DNA of 64,000 bases from the NCBI GenBank assembly GCA_963704725.1, contig OY969934.1, forward strand, positions 2,240,001-2,304,000. Direction: 5' to 3'. Made by a program: the position numbers and the translations under genes. Of this stretch, positions 9,391 through 19,069 are shown in pieces. This DNA is from an uncultured Actinomycetes bacterium (GTDB taxonomy: Bacteria; Actinomycetota; UBA4738; HRBIN12). Below the pieces are notes generated by a model that worked only from the letters and a program-made list of their open reading frames with translations, was not told the DNA's origin and ran no database searches. Position 1 is the first letter of the stretch, and the number at the start of each line of letters is the position of its first letter.

Positions 9391-10262
9391 GCGCTCACCC
9401 CGCGCGCGGCGAGCCACTTCTCGTCGACCGTGGCCTCGAAGACGCGCTCGGCGGGGCCGGTGAGCAGGACCTCGACGTCGGTCCGCTCGACCTCCAGGGT
9501 CCCTCCGGGGAAGCGCACCTCGGCCCGGGCCGGAACCAACCCGGCCTCGTTCGCCGCGACGAGCGCGGCGCACGCCCCCGTGCCGCACGCCATCGTCTCC
9601 CCCGAGCCTCGCTCCCACACGCGCGCCCGAACCGCGCCGTCCTCGATCGAGACGAACTCCACGTTCGTCTTCTCGGGGAACCGCTCGTCGCGCTCGATCC
9701 GGGGACCGATCGTGCGCACGTCGATCTCGGCCGGATCCCGCTCGACGAACAGGACGAGGTGCGGGTTGCCCATGGACAGGGCGCTCGCCTTGAACGCACG
9801 CCCGTCCACCTCGAACGGCTCGGTGAGGAACGGCGCGTCGGGGGGTCCGAGCATGGGGATCTCGCCCCGGGCGAAGGCGGGTGGGCCCATGCCGACCGTG
9901 ACGGCCCTTACCGACCCGTCCGCGACCCCGAGCGAGAGGTGCTTCGTGCCGGCTCGGGTCCCCACCTCGATCTCGGTGGCCGTCGTGTGGCCGCGGTCGA
10001 ACACGAGCTTGCCGAGGCACCGCACGCCGTTGCCGCACATCTCCGCCAGCGAGCCGTCGGAGTTGCGGTAGTCCATGAAGAAGTCGGCGCCGTCCTGTTG
10101 CCCGCGGGTCACGCGGATCACGCCGTCGCCGCCGACCCCCCGGTGCCGGTCACACAGCGCGGTCACGAGCGCGGGGTCGAGCGGACGCTCGTCGTCGAGG
10201 TCCTCGACCATGACGAAGTCGTTGCCGGTCCCGTGGTACTTCCAGATCCTCAGCTCACCCAC
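9387..10262 (-). CDS. dapF: Diaminopimelate epimerase
   Basis: KYHGTGNDF, MCGNG, GNPH, ERGSGETMACGTG. Confidence 0.97.
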   Translation of the reverse strand: MGELRIWKYHGTGNDFVMVEDLDDERPLDPALVTALCDRHRGVGGDGVIRVTRGQQDGADFFMDYRNSDGSLAEMCGNGVRCLGKLVFDRGHTTATEIEVGTRAGTKHLSLGVADGSVRAVTVGMGPPAFARGEIPMLGPPDAPFLTEPFEVDGRAFKASALSMGNPHLVLFVERDPAEIDVRTIGPRIERDERFPEKTNVEFVSIEDGAVRARVWERGSGETMACGTGACAALVAANEAGLVPARAEVRFPGGTLEVERTDVEVLLTGPAERVFEATVDEKWLAARGVSA

Positions 10263-11178
10263 GCAGGTACTCCGCGATCTCCTCGACGTGCGCCACCGCG
10301 CCGGCCTCCGCCGCTTCGAACCACCGGACCCGGGGGTCGCGCCGGAGGAACGACCGCTGGCGGCGCGCCAGCGCCTTCGTTCGCCGCACCGTGCCCGCGA
10401 CCGCCTCCTCCAGCGTCAGCTCGCCGGCCACGTGCCTGGCGAACTCAGCGTACCCGATGGCCTTCGACGAGGTGAGCCATCCGCCGAAGCCGCGCTCGAC
10501 CAGTCCCCGGACCTCCTCGAGCAGCCCCGCGTCGAGCATGTGCAGGACGCGCTCCTCGATCCGCTGGGCCAGCGGACCGGCGGTGACGTGGATCCCGGCC
10601 GCCCGGAGCCGCCCCCGCTCGTACCGCCCCCAGGCCTCGGCGAAGCTCGAGAACGGCCGGCCCGTGAGGTCGGCGACCTCGAGGGCGCGCACCACCCGGC
10701 GGACGTTGGCGGGCTCGATCCTGGCGGCCGCGGCGGGATCGCTCTCGGCGAGGCGCTCGTACATCGAGGCGGCGCCCACCCGCGCCGCCTCGGCCTCGAG
10801 CGCCGCCCGGGTCGCGGGGTCCGTCCCGGGGAAGGTGAGGTCGTCGGCGACGGCCCGCAGGTACAGGACGGTGCCGCCCGACAGGAGCACCTCGCGGCCT
10901 CGAGCCCGGATCCCGGCGATCGCCTCGCGGCAGAGCTCCTGGTATCGCGCCACGCTGAACGGCTCCGAGGGATCGGCCACGTCGATGAGGTGGTGCGGGA
11001 CGCGGGCGCGATCCTGCGGCGACGGCTTGGCCGTGCCGACGTCCATCCCCCGGTACACGAGCATCGAGTCGACCGACACGATCTCGGCGCCCAGCCGCTC
11101 GGCCACCTCGAGCGATGCCTCCGACTTCCCCGACGCCGTCGGCCCGACGAGCGCGAGGAACGGCCCGTCCGCGCTCAC
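10255..11178 (-). CDS. miaA: tRNA dimethylallyltransferase
   Basis: GPTASGKS, DSMLVYRGMDVGTAKP, KAIGY. Confidence 0.96.
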   Translation of the reverse strand: MSADGPFLALVGPTASGKSEASLEVAERLGAEIVSVDSMLVYRGMDVGTAKPSPQDRARVPHHLIDVADPSEPFSVARYQELCREAIAGIRARGREVLLSGGTVLYLRAVADDLTFPGTDPATRAALEAEAARVGAASMYERLAESDPAAAARIEPANVRRVVRALEVADLTGRPFSSFAEAWGRYERGRLRAAGIHVTAGPLAQRIEERVLHMLDAGLLEEVRGLVERGFGGWLTSSKAIGYAEFARHVAGELTLEEAVAGTVRRTKALARRQRSFLRRDPRVRWFEAAEAGAVAHVEEIAEYLRG

Positions 11179-12512
11179 GCGACGGCGGCCGGCTCCCGCA
11201 CGAGCTCGCCGTCGAGGTGGTGGGGGTGCGCCCCCGTGATCCGCGCGTCGAGGAACTCGCCCGGCGCAAGCGCGCCGTCCAGGTGCACGAGGCGATTCGT
11301 CCGCGTCCGGCCCTGGACCCGGCCCTTGCGCCCGGTCCCCTCGACCAGCACCTCGACCCTCGAGCCCACCTGCTCGCGCATGCGCCCCAGCGAGATCCCC
11401 TCCTGGAGGGCGACGAGCCGGTCGAACCGCTCCTGGACGACCGGCTTGGGGACCTGTTCGTCCATCGTCGCGGCGCGCGTGCCCGGCCTCGGGGAGTATT
11501 GGAACGTGTAGGCCTGATCGAACCGAGCCCGCCGGACGACGTCGAGCGTGTCTTCGAAGTCCTCCTCGGTCTCCCCGGGGAAGCCGACGATGACGTCGGT
11601 GCTGACGGCGATGCCGGGGACGGCGGCCCGGATCCACTCGAGCCATTCCAGGTATCGGCCCCCGCGATAGCTGCGCTGCATGGCCTTCAGGATGCGGGCC
11701 GAGCCCGATTGGAGCGGGAAGTGGATGTGCTCGCAGACGTGCTCGCTCTCGGCCATCGCGTCCACCACGTCGGGGGTGAAGTCGTGCGGATGCGGACTGG
11801 TGAAGCGGATGCGTCGGATCCCCTCGACCTCGTTCACGGCCCGGAGCAGGTCGGCGAACAGCGGCCGCCTCGGCGAGTCGGGAACCGTCAGGTCGCGCCC
11901 GTACGTGTTCACGTTCTGCCCGAGGAGCGTGACCTCGACCACTCCCTGGCGCGCGAGCCCCTGGACCTCGGCCAGCACGTCCCCGATCGGCCGAGAGAGC
12001 TGCGGGCCCCGCACGAGCGGCACGATGCAGAACGAGCAGGCGTTGTCGCAGCCCACCGCGATCGAGACCCACGCGTGGTGGGCCGCCTCGCGCAGCGCAG
12101 GCAGCGCGCTGGGGAAGACCTCGGTCTGCTCGCGGACGTCCATCTGGGGGCCCTCGGCGTCGGCGCGATGCAGGAGGTCGAGCAGCCCCGGCAGCGCGTG
12201 CGTGCCGACCACGACGTCCACCCACGGCGCCCGCTCCTGGATCAGCCCACCGTCCTTCTGGGCGAGGCAGCCCGCCACGACGATCCGCATCCGAGGGTTC
12301 CGCTCCTTGAGCGGGCGGAGGTGCCCGAGGTTCCCGTACAGCCGGTTGTCGGCGTTCTCGCGGATCGCGCACGTGTTGAACACCACGACGCTCGCCTCCG
12401 CCGCCTCCTCGGTCGCCACGTACCCGTCCGCCGTGAGCAGGCCGGCGATGCGCTCGGAGTCGTGCTCGTTCATCTGGCACCCGAACGTGCGCAGCAGGTA
12501 TCTCGGCTCCAT
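11175..12512 (-). CDS. miaB: tRNA methylthiotransferase MiaB
   Basis: TFGCQMNEHDSE, NTCAIRE, CDNACSFC radical-SAM motif, C-terminal TRAM domain. Confidence 0.97.
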   Translation of the reverse strand: MEPRYLLRTFGCQMNEHDSERIAGLLTADGYVATEEAAEASVVVFNTCAIRENADNRLYGNLGHLRPLKERNPRMRIVVAGCLAQKDGGLIQERAPWVDVVVGTHALPGLLDLLHRADAEGPQMDVREQTEVFPSALPALREAAHHAWVSIAVGCDNACSFCIVPLVRGPQLSRPIGDVLAEVQGLARQGVVEVTLLGQNVNTYGRDLTVPDSPRRPLFADLLRAVNEVEGIRRIRFTSPHPHDFTPDVVDAMAESEHVCEHIHFPLQSGSARILKAMQRSYRGGRYLEWLEWIRAAVPGIAVSTDVIVGFPGETEEDFEDTLDVVRRARFDQAYTFQYSPRPGTRAATMDEQVPKPVVQERFDRLVALQEGISLGRMREQVGSRVEVLVEGTGRKGRVQGRTRTNRLVHLDGALAPGEFLDARITGAHPHHLDGELVREPAAVA

Positions 12513-12537
12513 CAGACCTCTGAGGGTACCGGAGCGG

Positions 12538-14070
12538 CTACTTCGCGTACTCCACGGACCGCGTCTCGCGCACGACCGTGATCTTGATCTGGCCGGGGTA
12601 CTGGAGCTCCTCCTCGACCTGCTTGGCGATGTCTCGGGCCATCACCTGGGCGGCGAGATCGTCGATGTCGTGTGGCTTCACCATCACGCGGACCTCGCGA
12701 CCGGCTTGCATGGCGTAGACCTTCTCGACCCCCGGGTAGCTCGTGCAGATCTCCTCGAGACGCTCCAGGCGCTTGACGTAGGTCTCCAGGCTCTCGCGCC
12801 GGGCCCCGGGCCGGCCGCCCGAGATGCCGTCGGCGATCTGCGCGATCACCGCCTCGATCGTCCGCTGTTCGACCTCGCCGTGGTGCGACTCGATGCAGTG
12901 CACGACCTCTGCGGACTCTTTCATCCGCCGGGCGATCTCGGCGCCGATGATGGCGTGCGAGCCCTCGACCTCGTGCGTCACGGCCTTGCCGACGTCGTGC
13001 AGGAGCGCTCCCCGCTTGGGGATCACGGGGTCGACGCCGAGCTCGGCGCTGATGGCGGCCGCGATGTGCGCGGACTCGACGAGGTGCTTGAGGACGTTCT
13101 GCCCGTACGACGTCCGGAACTGGAGTCGGCCGAGCAGGCGGATCATCTCCGGGTGCATGTCCGTGATGCCGGCCTCCATCACGGCTCCCTCGCCCGCGCG
13201 CTTGATCTGCTCCTCGATCTCCTTCTGCGACCGCTCGAACGTTTCCTCGATGCGCGCCGGGTGGATCCGCCCGTCCTGAACCAGCTTCTCCAGGGTGAGC
13301 CGGGCCGTCTCCCGACGAACGGGGTCGAAGCACGAGAGCACGACGGCCTCCGGCGTGTCGTCGATGATCAGGTTCACCCCGGTCACGGACTCGAACGCGC
13401 GGATGTTCCGACCCTCCCGGCCGATGATCCGCCCCTTCATGTCCTCGCTCGGGAGGGAGAAGACCGAGACGGTCGACTCGCTGGTTTGCTCGGACGCCAC
13501 ACGCTGGATCGCGATCGTCACGATCTTGCGCGCCCGCTCCTCGCCCTCCTCGCGCGCCCGCTGCTCGATCTCGCGGACCGTCGACATCGCCTCGCGCTTC
13601 GCGTCCTCGATCACTCGGCTTCGGAGCGCCTCCCGGGCCTCCTGAGCGGTCATCTGCGCGATCTCCTCGAGCCGCTTGCGATGCTGCTCCGCCGCGTGCT
13701 CGAGCTGCTGGCGGACCATCTGGAGCTTCGCGTCGCGATCCTCCAGCTCACCCGATCGCCGCTCCGCCTCGTCGACCTTGTGATCGAGCGCCTGCTCCTT
13801 CTGGGCCAGACGCTCCTCCTGGCGCTTGACCTCCTCCCGCCGGGACCGGAGATCCTCCTCCGACTCCCGGCGCAGGGCTCCGATCTCGTCCCTGGCCTCG
13901 ACGAGGGCCTCGCGCGTGAGCCGCTCGGCCTCTCGCTCGGCTTCGAGGACCACCTTCTGAGCCCGTGCCTCCGCGCTCTGAGCCTGGGACTGCGCGACCG
14001 CCTTTCGGACGAAGAACCCGATCGCGATCCCCAGGGCCAGGGCCACGATGCCCGCCACCACCGCTGTCAT
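12538..14070 (-). CDS. rny: Ribonuclease Y
   Basis: TM helix, coiled coil, KH (KGRIIGREGRNIR), HD (LLHDVGK), RPGARRE. Confidence 0.97.
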   Translation of the reverse strand: MTAVVAGIVALALGIAIGFFVRKAVAQSQAQSAEARAQKVVLEAEREAERLTREALVEARDEIGALRRESEEDLRSRREEVKRQEERLAQKEQALDHKVDEAERRSGELEDRDAKLQMVRQQLEHAAEQHRKRLEEIAQMTAQEAREALRSRVIEDAKREAMSTVREIEQRAREEGEERARKIVTIAIQRVASEQTSESTVSVFSLPSEDMKGRIIGREGRNIRAFESVTGVNLIIDDTPEAVVLSCFDPVRRETARLTLEKLVQDGRIHPARIEETFERSQKEIEEQIKRAGEGAVMEAGITDMHPEMIRLLGRLQFRTSYGQNVLKHLVESAHIAAAISAELGVDPVIPKRGALLHDVGKAVTHEVEGSHAIIGAEIARRMKESAEVVHCIESHHGEVEQRTIEAVIAQIADGISGGRPGARRESLETYVKRLERLEEICTSYPGVEKVYAMQAGREVRVMVKPHDIDDLAAQVMARDIAKQVEEELQYPGQIKITVVRETRSVEYAK

Positions 14071-14088
14071 CGCTTCGCCTCCGAACAC

Positions 14089-14309
14089 AAGAAAGGCCAA
14101 ACCGAGGCCCGCCGGGCCCCTGTTCGGCCGTGCTGCGTCGGATCGAGGGGGATCTAGGGTGCGCGGCGGCCTGGCGGCCCTCCGCGGCCCCGGATCCGGT
14201 CTGCTCCCTGCGACGACTGGTGGATGGACATGTCAGGCACGGTTTCGAACAGTTGGCGAACCGATGAACCTCAGAGGTCGAGCGTACGGCCTCCCCGAGG
14301 ATGAGGCAA
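14089..14309 (-). promoter_or_regulatory. rny promoter and about 200-nt structured leader ending in a terminator-like hairpin
   Basis: TTGCCT-17-TACGCT (14309-14281); hairpin GGCCGAACAGGGGCCC-GGC-GGGCCUCGGUUUGGCC followed by UUUCUU just before SD GGAGG. Confidence 0.6.
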
Positions 14310-14327
14310 GCGCGCTGCGCGGCCGGA

Positions 14328-14807
14328 TCAGCGCTCGCCGTCGAGCCCGAGCGCCTCCCGAGCCGCCCGGCGCGCCACCGACGCGTCGTATCCCCGCCGC
14401 GCCAGGAAGCCCATCAACCGCTGGAAGGCCTGCTCGGGGGCGAGCCCGGCGAGCCGGCGAGCTCGCTCGAGCGCCAGGTCTCGAGCGCGCTCCGCGTCCG
14501 ACCGGCCCCCGGACTCGTCGATGGTGCGCTCGATCGTGGCGCGGTCGACGCCCTTTGCGGCCAGCCGCCCGGCGATGGCCCGGCGACCCGTGCCCCGGTT
14601 GCCCATCTCGTGCTCGACGACCTGCCGGGCGAACGCCTCGTCGTCCACCAGGCCGACCGCCTCGAGCCGACCGAGCTCGTCCTCGACCTCAGGGCTCTCG
14701 AAGCCCGCCCGAAGGAGCCGGAGCTCGAGCTCCCGGCGCGACCGAGCTCGCACGGCCAGGAGCCGCAGCGCCCGTTCGTGGCAGTCGAGGGGATGCTTGA
14801 CGCTCAT
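14328..14807 (-). CDS. recX: Regulatory protein RecX
   Basis: ALRLLAVRARSRREL, GLVDDEAFA, FLARRGY; follows recA. Confidence 0.93.
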   Translation of the reverse strand: MSVKHPLDCHERALRLLAVRARSRRELELRLLRAGFESPEVEDELGRLEAVGLVDDEAFARQVVEHEMGNRGTGRRAIAGRLAAKGVDRATIERTIDESGGRSDAERARDLALERARRLAGLAPEQAFQRLMGFLARRGYDASVARRAAREALGLDGER

Positions 14808-14840
14808 CGCGAGAGCGACCGGGTCCGGCCGGCCCTTCCC

Positions 14841-15947
14841 CTAGCCGGCCGGGGCCCCGGTCGTCTCACGTTCCTTCTTTCCCATTCCGGCTGCGTCCGC
14901 AACCGCGTCGGCGACCTCGGGGACGGCGACGACGGGCGTCTGGTCGCCCTCCTCGCCGAACGCGGTCAGGCCCACCCCCTCGCGGACCTTGCGCTCGATC
15001 TCGGCCGCGATGTCGGTGTGCTCGACGAGGAACTGGCGCGCGTTCTCGCGGCCCTGGCCGAGCTGGTCGCCCTCGTACGTGAACCAGGCGCCGCTCTTCT
15101 TCACGATCTCGAGGTCGACCCCCACGTCGAGGAGGCTCCCCTCCTTGGAGATCCCGAAGCCGTACATGATGTCGAACTCGCACTGGCGGAACGGCGGCGC
15201 GACCTTGTTCTTCACGACCTTCACGCGCGTGCGCGAGCCCACGACCTCCGTGCCGTCCTTGAGGTTCTCGACCTTGCGGACGTCGAGGCGGACCGACGAG
15301 TAGAACTTCAGCGCCCGACCCCCGGGCGTGGTCTCGGGGTTGCCGAACATCACGCCGATCTTCTCGCGGAGCTGGTTGATGAAGATCGCCGTGGTGTCGA
15401 AGCGAGAGAGCGTCCCCGAGAGCTTGCGCATCGCCTGCGACATCAGGCGGGCCTGGAGGCCGACGTGCGTGTCCCCCATCTCGCCCTCGATCTCGGCGCG
15501 GGGCACGAGGGCCGCGACGGAGTCGATCACCACGACGTCCATCGCCCCGGAGCGCACGAGCATGTCGCAGATCTCGAGCGCCTGCTCGCCGGAGTCGGGC
15601 TGGGAGACGAGCAGCTCGTCGATGTTGACGCCGAGTCGCTGCGCGTAGGTGGGGTCGAGCGCGTGCTCGGCGTCGACGAACGCGGCGATGCCGCCGTGCC
15701 GCTGGGCCTCGGCGATGATGTGCAGGCAGACGGTGGTCTTGCCCGAGCCCTCGGGCCCGAAGACCTCGACGACGCGCCCGCGAGGGATGCCCCCGACGCC
15801 GAGCGCGATGTCGAGCGACAGGGCTCCGGTCGGGATCACCGAGATGCCGGCGCCCATGGGGTGCTCACCCAGCTTCATCACGGCGCCCTTGCCGAACTGC
15901 TTCTCGATCTGCGCGAGCGTGACGTCGAGCATCTTGTCTCGATCCAT
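14841..15947 (-). CDS. recA: Recombinase RecA (alternative in-frame start at 16055)
   Basis: [34 protein letters not shown]; no intein. Confidence 0.98.
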   Translation of the reverse strand: MDRDKMLDVTLAQIEKQFGKGAVMKLGEHPMGAGISVIPTGALSLDIALGVGGIPRGRVVEVFGPEGSGKTTVCLHIIAEAQRHGGIAAFVDAEHALDPTYAQRLGVNIDELLVSQPDSGEQALEICDMLVRSGAMDVVVIDSVAALVPRAEIEGEMGDTHVGLQARLMSQAMRKLSGTLSRFDTTAIFINQLREKIGVMFGNPETTPGGRALKFYSSVRLDVRKVENLKDGTEVVGSRTRVKVVKNKVAPPFRQCEFDIMYGFGISKEGSLLDVGVDLEIVKKSGAWFTYEGDQLGQGRENARQFLVEHTDIAAEIERKVREGVGLTAFGEEGDQTPVVAVPEVADAVADAAGMGKKERETTGAPAG

Positions 15948-16121
15948 CCGCGAATCCCCCTTCTGTTCCTTCGCCCACCGCGCGATGACGCCGGCGAGCG
16001 CCTCCCCTGCCTGTGGTCCGGACGAGGGGCGAACGCTACTCCGAGGGTCCGACATGAATTACCCTCCTGTGATTACAGCCCTGTGAATTACAATCCTCAA
16101 AGCTCCCGGCCGCAACCCGGA

Positions 16122-16150
16122 ACCCTACCCGAACACCTGTTCGAGGTCAA
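16122..16150 (-). promoter_or_regulatory. recA promoter with an SOS box in the spacer
   Basis: TTGACC-17-TAGGGT; CGAACACCTGTTCG at 16130-16143. Confidence 0.88.
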
Positions 16151-16185
16151 CGATCCGATCCGGTCCGCCGATTCATCTAGCGCAG

Positions 16186-17103
16186 ATGTCGCCTGAGATC
16201 GCCGTCATCCCGGGAACGCCAGCGGGCGCGTTGGTCGCGATCGGGTTCGTCGTGGGCGCAGTGGCCCTGTCGCGCTGGGCGCGGTCGAGGGCCCATCGTC
16301 CGTGGACGTCCACCGACGCGCTGAGATCCGCTGCGGTAGCGGCGGCCTTCATGCTGTTCGTTGCGCTTCTCCCAGTCCGGGCCCATGCGATCGGCGCCTT
16401 GCTCGCGATCGCGATGCTGCTCGGATGGATGGCTCTGCTCACGATCTACGCCGGTTCCCGCGCTCTGATCCTCCATCGATACCGGAGGGGTCAGCACAGC
16501 CTGGCACGAGGTGAGCGGACCGAACGGTACGGAGGGCCCGTGTCCGAGGATGTGCGATCGCGAGCGGAGGCGCTTCGCGCCTTCGGATTCGAGGCAGTCA
16601 CGACCATCACGGACGACGGGAGCGAGATCGCCCTCTGGTTTCGACCTGCGGATTCCGTCGCCGCCGAGGTCGGCCGCTTCACGAGGTTGCCCGATCAGCC
16701 CCGGTTCGTCGAGTTGACATCGTCGCTGGCTTCGCAGAACGCCGCGCTCTGCACGTCGACCTGGTCGGGATCCACCGGATTGTGGGCCGGTGAATTCCGG
16801 CAGGCGTTCCCCGGCGCGCCCTTGGAACACCTTCTCGACAACCACGAGCGTGGCCTCGCGTTCCTCGCCGGCAGAGGTCTCACGAGGGACCCCGTTCGCC
16901 CCGATGAGATCGTGTCCGTTCGTGGCGCGATGCTCCGCCTGATGGCGGCCGCGGCCGCTATGGCTCCTCGCAAGTCGACGGCTCCAGCTGTTCGCAGCTC
17001 GCTCGGATCTTCGCGTTTCGTCGGCCGGCTCGAGGATCAACCGGACATCGCGTCCCGGCTCGATGCCTTCTGGAACCTTGCCGCCGGCGCAAGGGGCGGC
17101 TGA
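16186..17103 (+). CDS. Hypothetical membrane protein (about 3 N-terminal TM helices plus soluble domain)
   Basis: Long ORF filling the recA-thpR gap; hydrophobic N-terminus; more A/T-ending codons than neighbours. Confidence 0.65.
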   Translation: MSPEIAVIPGTPAGALVAIGFVVGAVALSRWARSRAHRPWTSTDALRSAAVAAAFMLFVALLPVRAHAIGALLAIAMLLGWMALLTIYAGSRALILHRYRRGQHSLARGERTERYGGPVSEDVRSRAEALRAFGFEAVTTITDDGSEIALWFRPADSVAAEVGRFTRLPDQPRFVELTSSLASQNAALCTSTWSGSTGLWAGEFRQAFPGAPLEHLLDNHERGLAFLAGRGLTRDPVRPDEIVSVRGAMLRLMAAAAAMAPRKSTAPAVRSSLGSSRFVGRLEDQPDIASRLDAFWNLAAGARGG

Positions 17104-17156
17104 GCGTCCGATCCTCGGGAGGGAGGTCCAGCCCGAGAACCCATCCGCCGAGGCGG

Positions 17157-17741
17157 TCAGCCTCCCAACGGGAACGTCGACAGCGGCTCGTAGATCGGGG
17201 CCGGCCGGCGCAGGTGGCTCCGGTACAGGACCAGCCACTCGACCGGGAAGGGCCGGCTCTCCACGCCGAGCTCCTCGATCTGGTCCTCCAGGCGCACGGG
17301 CGGCTCGAACCGGGCCACGGTGAGGTGCGGCGTGAACGCCCGCTTCTCGGGGGCGAAGTCCTTCGCCAGCGCCTCGTCCAGACCGGCCGCGATGCGCGTG
17401 AGCCGTCCCCGCGGGTCCTCGAGCGCCACCCACAGCACGCGGGCCCGGCGGGCCGAGGGGAAGGCGCCGAGCTCGGCGACCCGCGTCTCGAACGGCCGGT
17501 GGGTCGCCGCCACCTCCCCCACCGCCCGCGTCACCGGCTCGAGCAGACGGGGCCAGGTCGTCCCGAGGAACTTCATCGTGACGTGCTGGTTCTGGGTCGG
17601 GACCCATCGGCCCGTCGGGTAGCGCTCCCGCACCGGTCCCACCCCGCGCTCGACGAGCGCCCGAATCTCCTGCGGGAGGTCGATGGCGACGAAGAGCCGG
17701 AGCGGCCGGGCCTCGGGCCGGGAGGCTCGGTCGCGGGCCAT
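17157..17741 (-). CDS. thpR: RNA 2',3'-cyclic phosphodiesterase
   Basis: RLFVAI, two HxT motifs (HVTM, HLTV); cinA-thpR-recA synteny. Confidence 0.93.
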   Translation of the reverse strand: MARDRASRPEARPLRLFVAIDLPQEIRALVERGVGPVRERYPTGRWVPTQNQHVTMKFLGTTWPRLLEPVTRAVGEVAATHRPFETRVAELGAFPSARRARVLWVALEDPRGRLTRIAAGLDEALAKDFAPEKRAFTPHLTVARFEPPVRLEDQIEELGVESRPFPVEWLVLYRSHLRRPAPIYEPLSTFPLGG

Positions 17742-17757
17742 CAGGCAGATCCCGGCA

Positions 17758-19023
17758 TCAGGTGACGACGCGCTCGGTCTCGGGCAGCGGCAGGCCTCGG
17801 AGCAGCCGCCGGACCAGGTCGAGGGCCGCCTGCTCGGCCCACCGCACGACCATGGACCGGTCCCCGGGCGCGCGGATCCGGCGCTGGTGGCTCACGTCCG
17901 CCGCCTCGAGCCCGATCCACACGACGCCCGGCGGGTTGCCCTCGTGCGGGTCCGGGCCGGCGGCCCCGGTGAGCGCGATCGCGACGTCGGCGCCGAAGAG
18001 CCGTCGCGCGCCGGCCGCCATCTCCGCGGCGCACTCGCGGCTGACGACGCCGGCTCCCTCGATCGTCGCCGCGGTCACGCCGAGCACGTCGCGCTTGGCC
18101 GCCGCGCCGTACACGACCGCCGAGCCGAGCAGGTAGTCGGACGCGCCGGGGATCCGCGCCAGCCGAGCCGACAGCGAGCCGGCCGTGAGCGACTCGGCGC
18201 AGGCGATCGTCAAGCCCGACTCCCGGAGCAGCCGTCCCACCACCTCCTCGAGCTCCTCGTCCGACGTGGACGTCACGGCGTCGCCGATGCGGGCGGCCAC
18301 GGTCTCGACCACCGGCGCCAGCATCGCGGCCGCCTCCTGCACGGTCGCGGCCTTGGCCGTGAGCCGGACCTTCACCTCGCCGCCACCCGCCAGGTACGCC
18401 ACGGTGGGATTCGCGGACCCGTGGAAGAGATCGTCGAGCCACTCGGCGATCCGTGACTCGGCGACGCCGACGCACCGGACTGTCCTCGAGGCGATCGTGG
18501 CCGGACCCGACACGGCCGCCAGCTCGGGGATCACGGTCCCCTCCATCATCTCCCGCATCTCCGCCGGCACCCCCGGCAGCGCATAGATCCGGCGGCCGTC
18601 GAGCTCCATGGCGATGCCAGGTGCCGTCCCGCGCCCCGGCACGATGGCTCGGGCGCCGGCCGGCAGGTCCGCCTGCACCAGGTTGGACAGCGGCATCTCG
18701 CGCCCGGCTCGCGCGAACGTGTCGCGGACCAGCGCCTCGAGCTCGGCGCGCCGCTCGAGCGGCGCGCCGGTCGCCGCGGCGATCGCGTCCCGGGTGACGT
18801 CGTCCTGGGTCGGTCCGAGGCCCCCGGTGAGGATGATCGCGTCCGAGCGCGAGAGCGCGAGCCGGATGGCCTCCGCGATCCGCTCGACGTTGTCCCCCAC
18901 CACCTGATGGTGCAAGACGTCGACGCCCACCGTCGCCAGGTGCTCGCCGATCCACTGGGCGTTGGTGTTGGCGATCTGGCCGAGAAGGAGCTCGGTGCCG
19001 ACCCCGACGACCTCCGCCCTCAC
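17758..19023 (-). CDS. cinA: Competence/damage-inducible protein A
   Basis: GTELLLGQIANTN, GGLGPTQDD, AESLTAG. Confidence 0.96.
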   Translation of the reverse strand: MRAEVVGVGTELLLGQIANTNAQWIGEHLATVGVDVLHHQVVGDNVERIAEAIRLALSRSDAIILTGGLGPTQDDVTRDAIAAATGAPLERRAELEALVRDTFARAGREMPLSNLVQADLPAGARAIVPGRGTAPGIAMELDGRRIYALPGVPAEMREMMEGTVIPELAAVSGPATIASRTVRCVGVAESRIAEWLDDLFHGSANPTVAYLAGGGEVKVRLTAKAATVQEAAAMLAPVVETVAARIGDAVTSTSDEELEEVVGRLLRESGLTIACAESLTAGSLSARLARIPGASDYLLGSAVVYGAAAKRDVLGVTAATIEGAGVVSRECAAEMAAGARRLFGADVAIALTGAAGPDPHEGNPPGVVWIGLEAADVSHQRRIRAPGDRSMVVRWAEQAALDLVRRLLRGLPLPETERVVT

Positions 19024-19069
19024 GGGGGCTCCGTCCCGCCCGCCGCGCGAGCACCCGGCGGTCCGACCG

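Noticed and set aside
14841-15947. Intein in RecA or in the visible part of NrdJ
   Set aside because: Lengths and motif spacing are normal; no insertion
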